From: Vicugna vicugna
Lineage: Eukaryota
Assembly: GCA_013265495.1 (NCBI GenBank)
Contig: MU058387.1
Span: forward strand, 620,001 to 684,000
Reading direction: 5' to 3'
Length of the DNA: 64,000 nt
Made by a program: the position numbers and the translations under genes
The notes under the pieces: model-generated
Databases searched by the model: none
What the model was told of the DNA's origin: nothing
What the model saw: the letters and a program-made list of their open reading frames with translations, nothing else
In this document: positions 24,801 through 37,200 of the stretch, in pieces
How the letters are laid out: the number at the start of each line of letters is the position of its first letter
How positions within the stretch are numbered: the stretch's first letter is position 1

Positions 24801-26005
24801 ATTTATTTCAGCTAACCTTTCTGACAGCCATTTATTAAAGGCTGTTTGATGAAATAGAGGAGCATGGGACCAGGACCACACTTTAGACTCCACTCGCTGG
24901 CCCTGAACATGTGTTCACCCGACTTCTTCACTCTGAAACCATTTCCTAGACCTCAGATGAGAATGTTGATGCCTTCTACCACTCAAAGGCGTAAAAGAGA
25001 TGCTATCCATAAAAATGCATGGCTTATACTGAGTGCTTAAATTATCCCAGCACTGAGATCACCAAATCATTATCATTGCTCCAGTAATATTCTGGGGAAT
25101 TCTATTACCCATTTCCCCCCACCTAAGACTTTAGGGACACTTTGATTTCTGGAAATCCACATGTGATACCAGTCACTGGTGTGCTGATTCTGTCACTGAC
25201 ATAAGTTGAGCTGAGAGAGTTGAAAAATCCTAAACCATGGGGATAGGCAACGTGCTTGAGTGAAATGAGAAAAATGTGAAATATAAAAATATATGGACGC
25301 TAACTTGCTCCACAGCATCCACACTCCAGGCATTCACTTCATCCCCGAGGAGGCTCGGCTCTGGAGGATTCACCTGCCCCATGCAGGACACCAGTTTCAT
25401 GGAGGCACTCAGTTTCAATCGCAATCTGCTTGAAGCTCACTTCAGATTCAGCCACTCCATCAATTACTGGAGAAACAAAACAAAGCAAACAACAAACAAA
25501 CAAGAAAAAAAAACAAACAGAGAAAGACTCAAAAATTAAAAGGAATTTTCTAGAATATCAAGCAAGTAGTTATTTCCAAATTGGAACAATGCATGTATTT
25601 AGATACATTGAAGGTAATTTAATAACTGCTTTTGCTTTAACATATTTTATTTGTGCTTATAAGCAGAATCAGAAATGTAGGGTAGAGAGTTCAGAGGGAC
25701 AAGTTGCTCACACACCATGAAAAATAATGTTTATGAACAATGAACAGTAAGAGAAATTATTGAGACTGACCCAGAAAATTATTGTTATCGCTGTTATTAC
25801 ACGTCATGGCATTCCACAAGACGCTCCTATCTGGGTCTATTTTTTTTAGAAATCTTTATTTATTCGGTATTAATTTTTATTAATTCCAAGCCTCTTTGGA
25901 TTTTTGTTTCCTAAAGGAAAAGACACATCCTTAACTAAGAAACTAAGAAAGCATGTATACAGTTCTAGAGTCCTTAGGTCTGCAGTCAAACACCAGGTTT
26001 TACCT

Positions 26006-26058
26006 ATATATATATAAATATATATATATATATACATATAAATAAATATATATATATT
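26006..26058. repeat. Interrupted (TA)n microsatellite
   Basis: Direct reading of the sequence. Confidence 0.9.
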
Positions 26059-26199
26059 TATTCACTTAACATTCATAAAGTGAGTACTAACTTTGGACTA
26101 AGCATGTTTATGGTGGCTGGATACATCCTACCATCTGTATCATGACATGTAAACTTTTAAAAATGCAACAAAGATTCTAGACTCAAGGATAAGCTGAAG

Positions 26200-26570
26200 G
26201 TAAGTTTGCAAGAGTAGAGAGGGATCAATTCTTCCTGCATAAATGGTAGACCTCACAGAAGAGGTCATACCTGTGCTCAGACTGGAGGCAAAAGGGGATG
26301 TTCATGAGCCATGGAAGAGCTAAGAGGGCATCCTGGGCAGAGGAAGAAGTACAAGCAAAGGGATAAGGTAGCCAAGTGCATTCGGCAGTCAGACATTCAT
26401 TAGCTCTCAAGTAAACACTGAATGGAAATATTTGGCCAGAAGTCAGAGTGGAGAAGCTGGAAGAAACCAGAAGGTGAAAGTGCAGGTATCTGGAACTTTA
26501 TCTCACAGGCAATGAGGAGCCCATGGAGATCTTGGCGGGGATGTAACAACAGAATAACAGCATGAGAGGT
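26200..26570 (-). mobile_element. L2 fragment
   Basis: agggcatcctgggcagaggaagaagtacaagcaaagg...ggaactttatctcacaggcaatgaggagcccatggag. Confidence 0.75.
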
Positions 26571-26990
26571 GGAGAACGGAATGCCAACCTGCCACATACA
26601 TCCCGTCCTCCACAGACATACAAGATGCAATCATAAATATTTCTATGATTTAAAAGCGAAGGCTGGAGGTGAGTGCTGGTGACAGGAGGGAATAGAAGAT
26701 CCACAGAGGAAGAGAAACAAGGAGCAGAGCTCTTGTCATATCTGTTCAGGTCTAGCAAACATTTGTCTCGGGGGCCCCTTCTCCGCTTCATCGTCCACTA
26801 TCCACTTCTCTGTAACTTCCGACCTCCATTCCTAAACTAGAAACAATTTTTTAAAGTCTTTGATCTGAAAAAGAATATTGATTCATTAGAAAGATGAGGA
26901 GTTTGTTAAAGCCGAAATTCACTTAGAGATATGAAGATGACAATGTTATTTTCTTAAAATGCTATCTGTATTAGACGCCACCTGTGTATG

Positions 26991-27016
26991 GTGTGTGTGT
27001 GTGTGTGTGTGTGTGT
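26991..27016. repeat. (GT)13 microsatellite
   Basis: Perfect dinucleotide run. Confidence 0.95.
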
Positions 27017-30000
27017 ATTTAATTACTTGACGTCCAACACTTAGTAAGTTGGTCTTTGCAACCATTGCTATGCCCATTGTCTTCACTATGTCTGGACCTG
27101 GAAGATGAAGGAAGATCTTTAAATTCCCAAGCTCTGCATCTGTCACTAATTATTTTAAACAACATAAATGGCATTAGAATGTGCATTATGCTTTCAACCA
27201 GGTTTTACATCTGAAATACTTCTTCTATAAACTGCCACATAGTCCAATGATCAACAATTACAGTACATCAGACTCAGCACCAAATATTTTTTCCCTTTTT
27301 TAGGGCAAAAGGAAATGTGGTCCCTTACACAGTACGTCCACCATGACCTGCCGGAAATAATGTCATCAAAAATGGATGAATCTCGTCGGGAAAAGCACGA
27401 AATGAATTTAAGCCCATGGCATTGCTTCAGGATAAAACTATCAAGGAAATAAAAATAGCTTTTCCGTGGCTGTAAAAGAGAATATGGAAGAGATATTTAC
27501 ACCCAGCCTCCGTTTCTCCTTATCCTCCGTCATTGCTCGTATTGCCAGTTTAATTGTCAACCTGTCTCTTGAGTTTCATACCTTTCCCAAATGTGTTTTC
27601 CCTCTCTGCCTTATCTCTTCAAAGCCATCAGTCACACAGCAGATTTGTAATGAACTTGCTCTCCGCCAAGGCGAGAAAAAAAAGTGACATCATTTTCAGC
27701 GAGGGGGAGATCAGCACTTTAATCTCAGTGAGACAGAAAATAGAACAAACGGAATGTCTGGCAGGACGAAGAGGGGAAGGGATGGGGCTGGAGAACACTC
27801 TTTCTTTCCCTCTCCATGCTTTGTGCACCGCGCTTTAGAAATTTGGAATCCATTTGTTTTCCATTCGCATCATATCTTGCTGGCCATGCAAGGTCTTGTC
27901 TGGACGTAATTACTGAGAAAAAGGGCACAGCATTCTCTCTCTCTCTCTCTCTTTGTCTCTCTTTGCTTATATGAGTTTGGTGGGATGGGGTGAAGGTGGA
28001 ATGTTTAAAGGCTTATTATAGAGGTTCAACATGTAGGCAGCGTTTTGAAATTTTCATGTAAAGTCACTAGCTCTTGAATCTGGTCAGGCAGGTGTATTCT
28101 CGCTAAAACGAAATCAGAATGAGAAGAGACGGCCACGGAAGGAAGAAAGAGCAAGCTTTTATTTTAATCATTGAAAAGCCCAGCAGACTAAATTACAGAC
28201 ACATGAATCAAAGGTAATGTGGGACTTGGCACTGAGGTCTCAGAGGTGAAGACATTCAAACAGCTGTTTACAATAACTTGTGATACGTAATCAGAATAAT
28301 TTTACAAAAAAAAAATATAACCCCCAAATAATCAAGTTGAAAAGGAATGTGGGTTCTCTCCAGTTGCCATGCTTTGAGTTCCTCTGGGGCCATGTGCAGG
28401 AGATTATCAAACATGTACCATTTGTCAGAGAATCGTGATGAATCACCCTTGATAAAACCACAGCAAACCCTCTCTTTTTAAAGTGAGGCTGGTGTAGAAT
28501 TCGACACGTGTGTTGGGCACGAACCTCCCAGGCCATGGCTCAGGTGCGCCCAGAATGGAACTGTCCTTTTCTATTAATTTCTGTCTGGAATCTTCACTTC
28601 TCCTCTTATCAAAAATCCAAACCTTAAGTCAGGTCTCGGTAAACTCAGTTGACTCCAGAGAGTGCTTTTGATTCTACTTCTCTGTGTTGATCTGAATCCT
28701 ATAGGTTTTACTTCATGTCCTGGTCCTGGCCCAGGCCCACCTACAGAAGCCAATATCTACTGAAGTATGTAGCACCCTGTCCAGTTTCCAGTCTGAGCAC
28801 TCCTCATCTCGCCCCAGGCAGACATGCAATTCCCCATGGTTTCACTGGGTGTCATCTCATAGCCTATTCTGTGCCACTGGCATCACTACCATGAAGTACC
28901 TTAGCTCCTTTGGGCACACCTCAGTCACTTTTTCATCCCTCAGTGCACCAAGAAGCCATAAGAAACCTCTAGAAGCTGTTCTTTTCCACTTTGTGGCACA
29001 TGGAAACTTGGAGAAGGCTCCACATTTTCTGCCGAGATGGAAGAGGCCACATCGACCACTCTACTGCTGTCCCATCTCCCTGGAACAGCAGGACTTGGGG
29101 AACATGGATTCTAACAGGCTACGCCTCCCATGTTCCACCCAGGAAAGTGAGACACCAGCTCTCGGATGATCTGTGGCTCTGGGTCCTCCCCAGCTCTCTG
29201 GGATGTGGTCCAGAGAAGGCGGATGCAGCAGGACTCAGAGCCCTTTATCATACATTCCCCACAACCGTCTCCCTTCACTGCTCTCCTCTTCTCTCCATTA
29301 AAAAAAATGAAAAAGCAAATAAAATAAATAGAGCATAAACATTAAAAGTCTATTTTGAAAATCAAAAAAAAATGAGTTTTGATCTTCATTTTTCTTTGGA
29401 TATACTTGCTAAACATACACACCCTGAATTAATGGATATCAGGAAACTTCAAGGAAATAGCATTTAAAATATTTCAAAATACTACCATTCTATGTTTCTT
29501 CCCTTATATAAATCTTTGCCTGTCAAAAACAACATACGATTCTTGCCGATCATCTTGCTCTCTTCCAAGAAAGAGGGAAGTGGGTCCTCATCTTTAATCC
29601 ACTTCTCCAAAACAATAAATTCCACACAGCACAAAATAGAGTATATATCCAAAGTGGAGTACTTTCCCTGAGGCTCCCTCAAGGCTCGGTAGACAAGTCC
29701 ACATGATGGAGTGAAAATTCGTAGTCAAGAGGATTCATCCATTGGCTGAACAGCAGCCTGTGGATAGACGCCCATGTGAGAAGGGCTTTGTCCAGACAGA
29801 GTCCAACTGAAGCTGTCAGAGCCCCTCAGGGATGTGAACAAAGAGACACCAAAGCTGAAATGCAGTTAGCGGTGGGCCCTTGAGCAGAAGAACATGTGAA
29901 GCTAGGCCAGCAGGCACAAGATGAGTATACAGAAGAAAACGAAATGTGGACACAGCTGGAACTGAGGGGAGGGGATGGGAGGAGAGAGACGAAGGCACAG

Positions 30001-30124
30001 AGGAGGGGAAAACAGATGCTAAGAGTCACAGAAGTCATGACAAGGAAATTGAGGTGGCAGACTGTAACTGCTGGCCATTCCTTTCACAACTGCATCTCCT
30101 GGCTCTCTGGTTTCCTCCCTTCTC

Positions 30125-30330
30125 TTACTTTTTCCATAGCATCTGTCAGTAGCCAACATACTATATAGTATACATGTTTATTTATTTACTGTCAGTTTCC
30201 AAACACACACACATGTGCTCGAGACTACAGAATCTGGAAGAGACTTGAGGTCTGGGTTTTGTTCACTGGTGTAGCCCCAGATCCTAGAGCAGACATAGGG
30301 ATTTCCGTAAATGTCTACTTATGGAAGAGA
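30125..30330 (+). mobile_element. L2 3' end
   Basis: ttttgttcactggtgtagccccagatcctagagcagacatagg...gtaaatgtctactt. Confidence 0.7.
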
Positions 30331-30384
30331 AGAAGGAAGGAAGACAGGCGTGGAGGAGGGACAAAGAAGTAAAAGAAGGGAGTA

Positions 30385-30565
30385 AGAGAACAATGAAAAT
30401 TGCTTGGTTTTGAATTCTCCAGACGCAAGAGACCTGGCGGTACTTCCTGCTCTTGGATTCTATGATATTTCCCCATTTTTTCCCCCACATGCACCCTTTT
30501 CTTGACTTGAACTCATGTGAATGTGTTTCTCTTCCTTGTAACCAAGTAAACTCTGACAACAGCAG
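30385..30565 (+). mobile_element. Old MLT1 LTR 3' part
   Basis: cttgaactcatgtgaatgtgtttctcttccttgtaaccaagtaaactctgac. Confidence 0.55.
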
Positions 30566-30874
30566 GTGTAGTGATCTTGGTCAGTTTGTGACCTTTTTTT
30601 TTTTTTAATTTCAGGCAATTAGAGTGGTAAACATTCTCATCTTAAATTATCTTTAAGCCTAGTGTCAAAATTGACTACCTAGCGCCATTGAGCTTGTTGG
30701 AAAAGCATGGTGAAGGGTGCTGATTCAAATCACAAAGGGAGATGGTGGAAAATTGAAATGAGAAAAGATAAAGTATATCCGTTATATTCACAGGGGCAGA
30801 GTATCTGGGAGTCGAAGAGGCGACTGATCTTTGCTTCCCTACTGCTGTGGCTTTAAGGGTAGTAGGCTGTCCAC

Positions 30875-31405
30875 TAGTGGTTTTTGAACGTTAAGGAACG
30901 TATTATCAGGAGCAAGAACGTTTGTTAAAAATAGAGATTCCTACTCCCTGAAACTCAAATTTCACGGTTACGCACTGAGGGCCAGGAACCTGACTTATTA
31001 GTCAAAATACCAGGTGATACCTGCTAGGATCTAAATGTTTGTGTCCCCCCAAAAATGCATGTGTTGAAACCCTTGCCCCCAAAGATGATAGTATCAGGAG
31101 GTGGGGACTTTGGGAGGGAGGTGCTTAGGTCACAAGGGTGGAGCCCTCACGAGGGGGACTAGTGCCCCTTCCACCACCGAGAACGCAGTAAGAAGGAGAC
31201 ACTATGAACCAGGAAAAGGGGTCTCACCAGGAAGCAAGCGTGCTGTTGCCTTGATGGCAGACTTCCCAGCCTCCAGAACTGTGAGAATAAATGTCTGTGG
31301 TTTGTAACTACTCGGTCCCTGGTGTTTTGTGATAGGAGCCCAACTGAACTAACACAGTACCAACGCAGGTAGTCCTTGAAATGCGCACTGAAAATAAAAA
31401 CGTCC
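30875..31405. mobile_element. MER5-type hAT element split by the MLT1 LTR
   Basis: tagtggtttttgaac...ttgttaaaaatagagattcct...ccaggtgatacc [LTR] aacgcaggtagtcc continues the MER5 pattern. Confidence 0.65.
31022..31356 (+). mobile_element. MLT1A-type MaLR solo LTR
   Basis: TG...CA termini; 5-bp TSD atacc/gtacc (4/5); gacttcccagcctccagaactgtgagaataaatg. Confidence 0.92.
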
Positions 31406-33064
31406 TAATCTGATCTGTAACTCTTACAGCGTCATGCTTCCAAAACTTTAACAATGATTTCCATCTGAGTCCTGCACGCCCTCAGAAATCCAAAAAGTAA
31501 AAGACAGAGAGTAAGAGTGGATGAGATGGAAAAGGTGGGAACTTTTTTTTTTTTTTTTTTTTTTTTAGTGTTGCATTTTCTTGTTTTAAAAAATTTGACC
31601 TTTGGAGCTGCGTAGGCAGGAACGTCACCCATTAATGAATCTGTTACACCCACACACCTGGAATACCAAACTAGCGAGCAGGGTCCTGAGTCATGCCCCT
31701 TTCTACCAGGTTCCCTCACATTGCATTATTCTCTGTGCCAGAATCTCTGCCACCAATTAGAGGTGTGGTACCTTATCTTGCAACTAACTGCCTTCATGTT
31801 CTCAGGGCTTGAACGTGTTCCATGAGGTTAAGTTCGACTTTTTGAGAGGCTGCTGGGCACCCTTGGAAATAGGGCAGGGCAGTAATAAGTGCAGTAAAAA
31901 GTCTGGGCCGTGATGGCCATTTTGCTTCAGGACCAGCAAGGCAGGGCATACCGTGAAAGCTTGAAACCCAAGGGGCCTAAGGTACGTCTTTAGAACACCA
32001 TCCAATAGGCTCCCCTGAAGCTGGTGGCTGGATCTAAGAGTAACATGTACAATTATACAGATGGCTGGTTAGGTTACGTACTAGACCCCTTTCCTTGGAC
32101 ACATTCAAATCCCACATCTTCCCAGCTGTCTCATTTCCTGATTCACTTTCTGAAAAAAAAAATAAAAAAGTCTTGCTGAGAGAAAAGAGTTAAATCTGTC
32201 TTCAGAAGGTTCTGTCTGACTCTGAAAAGGTTGTCTGCCTGCTTACTTGAAGAAAAATAGTATATATTAGGCCTCTAGATAGAGTTATAGAGAGAGAGCT
32301 CAAATAAAGAAAGTGCCTCCCACTCCTAGACTTACAAAATATACAGCCTTTTGCAAAATGTACAAAGGAGGATTCATAGACTTAGGGGCAGCTTGTTGTT
32401 CCCAAAGTACAGAGCGTCTCTTGTAGGAACTCGAGAAGATGGAAGACTTAGCGAAGGCCAAGCCATAAAAACAGAAGACTAAGTGAATTAATTTTGTGAT
32501 TTGTTTTATTATCTCAGGATTTATAGAAAGCAGTTATACCTAATGCACAAATCTTTTTTTTTTTTTTTTAGTTTTATTCCCTTCAATTTTTTTTTCCCCT
32601 CCCTCTGTTTTAAACTTTCAGTGATAGGTGGTCTTGGAAAGTGCTGAATTAAGACCTGGCAAAGTCAAGTCCTATATATTTGGCTGGTCCTACAGTCTAA
32701 CAGTTTTCGAACTAATGCCTCACCTTTGTCTGAGGGACTTAAGATAATAATCGTAGCAACACACATTCAAAAACACATTTCCAAGCACGGATGCCTACAG
32801 ACAGACACGGACAAACACACACGCACAATTGCCCTTGGTACCTTAATGTGGTTTAGTTTGGGAAAGCACTGCTTCCTAACCTCAACAAATTCTTTCTTGT
32901 ATCATGATGTTCGTACATCCCAGCAGGACGCAAAACTAAGGTAAGACTTATTTTGTAAGGGGAGGTGCTCCAGCAATTTGCCGTCACAGAATATTCGTGA
33001 ACCATAACAATATTTGCATAGATCTTTAGAGTTTACAATGCAGTTTTACAACTATTATGCATTC

Positions 33065-33175
33065 GTCCAGTAACTATTTATTAAGCACCTACTGTGTGCC
33101 AGGCACTGTCCTAGGCTCCTGTGATGGAGGGAGGGCAAAGATCTCTGCCCTCATGGAGATTATATTCTAGTGAAT
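33065..33175 (-). mobile_element. L2 3' end
   Basis: tatttattaagcacctactgtgtgccaggcactgtcctagg...ctctgccctcatggagattatattctagtg. Confidence 0.88.
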
Positions 33176-34741
33176 CAGCTCATTTGAGACCCACAGTTAT
33201 TCAGTTAGGGGCTTTCTTTTGGGGGAAACCTGACTTGAACAGAGATTTTTAATCCCAAAATGCTGTACTTTAACTGCAACATGCTGTTTCTCTCACAAAA
33301 ATATATTAAGAGAGAAAAAAAAAAGGATAGTTACATGAACCTCAGTGAATGTCCTAATCTATACCAGGAAACATTCAAGTGCATTAACAAGTTTAGAAAA
33401 TGCATAAGTGGTGTTTGAGGTTATGCTGTTAACTTAATTACTAAATGCAAACATTCCACAAAAGCTCTGAGAAAGAAGCCAATAGTAATTTTTTATAGAA
33501 TCTGTAGAAGTATAGAATGTGTCTTTGCATAATCTGCCAAGTAGTTGTCATTAGTTTTGTTTCACTCTAAATTAAAACTGGGATATCCCATAAGAAAGAA
33601 TTTCTGTTTCACATTACAATTGTACTTTGGTTGGTCCCCACCTGAATGCAAATATGCTTTTTTTTAACCAAAGTAATTAATGTTACAGCTTATTACAGCT
33701 TCCATTTCCCTTAACAAACATGAGTATTTCCCACTAGATTTAGTTTTAAATATTTTTCAAATATTTGTCACATTAGATTCACCTTACAAACAGATCAAGT
33801 TAAGTGCAACTCTCCAGCCTATCCCTAATTTGCTTTTATTCAGGACACATGAAGAATCAATTTCCACCATATAGTTGGCTCAACTTGAAAGGTTTATTTG
33901 AGGTTTTTTTTTTTTAACTAATTCTGTACATCAGGTATTGAAGTACGTGCTAACTAGTGCAGTATGTAGGGTAATCGTAAACTCTTATAGTATTATATTA
34001 AATTTATTTGAATTTTATGAGAAGAGAAGCCCATTTGATTGTGCTGAGGCCAGTCATTCTCAATATGGATAGCTTTTGGCTCACTTTACCCTCCCTAATA
34101 TTTGCCCTGCTTTTATTTTTAATGTTGAAATCACTATTTTTGTTACAGTTGACAGATTAGCCTCAAGTTTTTAGTTTCTAACAACAAAAAGATCTGTAAC
34201 AGGAATGTATTGAAAAAAAAATCAGTGACTATAGATTAAAGGAATGAGGGCAATGGAGAGGGAGAAAAGGATAAACTCCAAACAATGTGCAATGGAGGTA
34301 GGAAATGTAACAGATGTAATGCGTAATGTACATACGGAACATGAAATGTAACAATATAACATGTTACATGTTACAATGTAAGGATCCCAGGGCTCTACCA
34401 AAAAGGGAAATCTTTTCTAGAATAAAAAGTTCCTTCACTTTTTTTCTCTTGACAATTTAAGTGAAACAGCATAGATTCTCCCTACCCTGGGAGTATTCTT
34501 GGGCATCATAAACCTGAGAGAACTTTCCTTTACATTTTCTAAGTGGTAGACAATTTGTCAGATCTTAAGGTGAGAACTTTACAATTATTAGGAAAAAAAC
34601 AGATCTAAATTTTAAGCGCTCTGACACTCTGTAACCTTATAGAGCACCATTTAGAATTGGCTTGCACCCAATAAAAGACTTTACCAGCCTATACAATGTT
34701 CGTTATCAGGGCATCATGCCTTGGGCAGGACATGGGATGGT

Positions 34742-35385
34742 TTATCAATCAGGTTCTCCCAGGAGAAAGAAAGCTTAGTAGTTATTTTAACAGAGGAATT
34801 TGACATAAAAAGTTATCAGCCAGGATTACCCAAACGGAAGACAAAAGGGGGACACTGTGGATTCATAAAAGTAAGGACTAGAGGAAGCAACTGCCACCCC
34901 TAGAGTTCAGAGAACAAATGGAAAAGAATGATATTATTGAAATTTAGGTGCTTAGGGGAAAGTCCTCTAAGAGTTTGGACTCAGAGCACATTGAAAAGAG
35001 CTGTGCTTGGCTGGCACTGGGGCCTTAGGAGCTTAGAAGAGCAACCATGTGGAGTTGGGACCTAGAGTGGCTGTTTCTGATACAGGTGAAGAGGTTCCAC
35101 AATGTGCAGAAACTGCAAAGCAGGACCAGTAGCGGCTGTTGGAACCCACTGCCAAAGCCAATGGAAAGAGTTATTTCAAGGGTGACCCTGATGAGGACAG
35201 CAAATAAGAGCATGTCCCTCCTTCTTCCTCCTGCCTTTCAAGCTCCCTCTTGGGCCCCCTACTGGTGGAGGGTAATAGACCCCAGCTGGCAAAGGAGTAG
35301 TGTCGTTCTCCCAGAATCACAAAGCAAAATATAGCTGGACAGGCTTGAAGCTGAGCCAGACAATAGCTGAATACCTGGTGTAGAA
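34742..35385 (-). mobile_element. Ancient LTR, family uncertain
   Basis: tatcaatcaggttctcccaggagaaagaaag...ttaacagaggaatttgacata and gcaactgccacccctagag recall old mammalian LTRs; no TSD seen. Confidence 0.5.
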
Positions 35386-36074
35386 GGAAGACAACCTGTA
35401 TTAATTTGTTCATCACATATCATTACTGTGTAGAAAGCTATAGCTGTCGTTCTGTAACAGAGGAAACCATAGTAGTCATTGGTAGCATTTGTTGTATGCT
35501 AGGTTCTACGCTACATGCTGCATGTGTGCTGTCTTATTTAATTGTCAGGACATTTAATGAGATGAGGCTCATCTTGAACCATGAACAGTTACCCAAACTG
35601 ATTAACATCATAGATTTCAGGAGCAGTGTCCCCCTAAGCCGATATTTGGGCCAGCCCTTTTTCTATACACATCACTTTAAAGCTAGACCTAGCTAACCAG
35701 TGTTTCTCTAAGACACCTGTGCCAAGAAGGAAAATCAGAAGGGTTTAAAGGATTTCTTTACAGGTACTATAAGCTACAACTTTATATAAATACCATAGCC
35801 TTGTCTCTTAGGTACAATTTGAGAAAGGATGGTAATACTTATGGGGAAATAGTAGCTAAAGACATGAATTGGTTGACCTCAGAAGCACTTTGATTAAAAT
35901 ATCTTTATTTTTCAATTCAAACAAGGAGGGTACAGTTAATAAACCTCTGCAGCTGAAAATGAAGGAAGAAAAACCATTGAACTCGTAAAAGTGTTTTTAA
36001 GAGCCAGACTAACAGGTGAGAATGGAAAGTCAGAATGAGACAATAAACTCGTAGTTAGGAAGTTGATAATAACT

Positions 36075-36410
36075 ACTAACATCTACTAGAAGGTTATTAT
36101 ATTACTATAGCATATATATGTTATACATACAAAAGTTACAACTATTTATAAATGTAAATATATCTGTTTTACAGAAATATGCATAATTTATAAAATATCT
36201 GTTATAAAAGCTATAATAAATAAAATACTATAAAATATAAATTTATATTAATATTAACTGAATACTTAATATTAAATAAATGTAAATATTATATTAAATA
36301 TATTTAGTAAATATATTACATAGTAAAATAATAAAGTAAAATTGATAATAAATAAAATATCATACAATTTATAATAAAAATTTATATACATATGTAATAG
36401 CTATAACTAT
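36075..36410. repeat. Extremely AT-rich low-complexity tract
   Basis: About 330 bp almost devoid of G and C. Confidence 0.9.
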
Positions 36411-36479
36411 TGTTCAACTATTGCTTATTGTTTTAGCTCTGACTCAGAAATACACAGACACAAACGTCTGTAACTCCCC

Positions 36480-36590
36480 TCAGTGACACTATGAAGTAGG
36501 CATTATTGCCATAGTGCTGTGGATAAAGAAACTGAGACTTAGCTGGAAAGTGGCAGAATGAAATTTAAACTCAGCTCTATCAGGGTCTAA
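36480..36590 (-). mobile_element. MIR fragment
   Basis: ctatgaagtaggcattattgcc...ggataaagaaactgagactt...aagtggcagaa. Confidence 0.7.
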
Positions 36591-37074
36591 GTATTTCATC
36601 TGGCTTGCCTCCCACATGGCCGTGGAGGACAGGGCAGACACCAGGGATTAGCACCAGCTTGGTTGTCCCTCTTAATTCCTTTCCCTGCAGCCCCAGCTTG
36701 CGCAGCTTGTGAAAGTGCGTGAGGAAGAAACCACAGCGGAAACTCACCTGCTCCGTGCCATGGTCCTGCTTCTAATTCCATCCTGGCCCCCATCTCCATC
36801 AAGATCAAGGTGTTCTTTGTTTTCTTTCAATTAAAAGATACCTCAGGTCTCCAAGTTCTAGCAATACTTAACAAAAATACACCAAAAATATACTATCAGA
36901 CAAGCCATCTCTTCGGTGCACAAGTAATATAAAAACGCTTGTAAGTGGTACAATAATTATAACTGACAGTAGAGCATGGAGGGGGTCGCCCGGCCCATGC
37001 TCAAATCTTGACCAAAACCTACTTTGTAGTTCGATGGTATTAAGTGGATTTTTTTTTTTACTTCTGCAATCACA

Positions 37075-37200
37075 GGTTCTTCATACACAAAAGGGGACAA
37101 TAAATCCCATTACACAAGGGCGTGAGGTTCTACTAGGGTAATACATGAAAAACATTAGCACAGTGCTCGGAACATAGCAAGTGTTTCACAAACTTTGGCC
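37075..37200 (+). mobile_element. MIR 3' part
   Basis: gtaatacatgaaaaacattagcacagtgctcggaacatagcaagtgtt. Confidence 0.75.
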
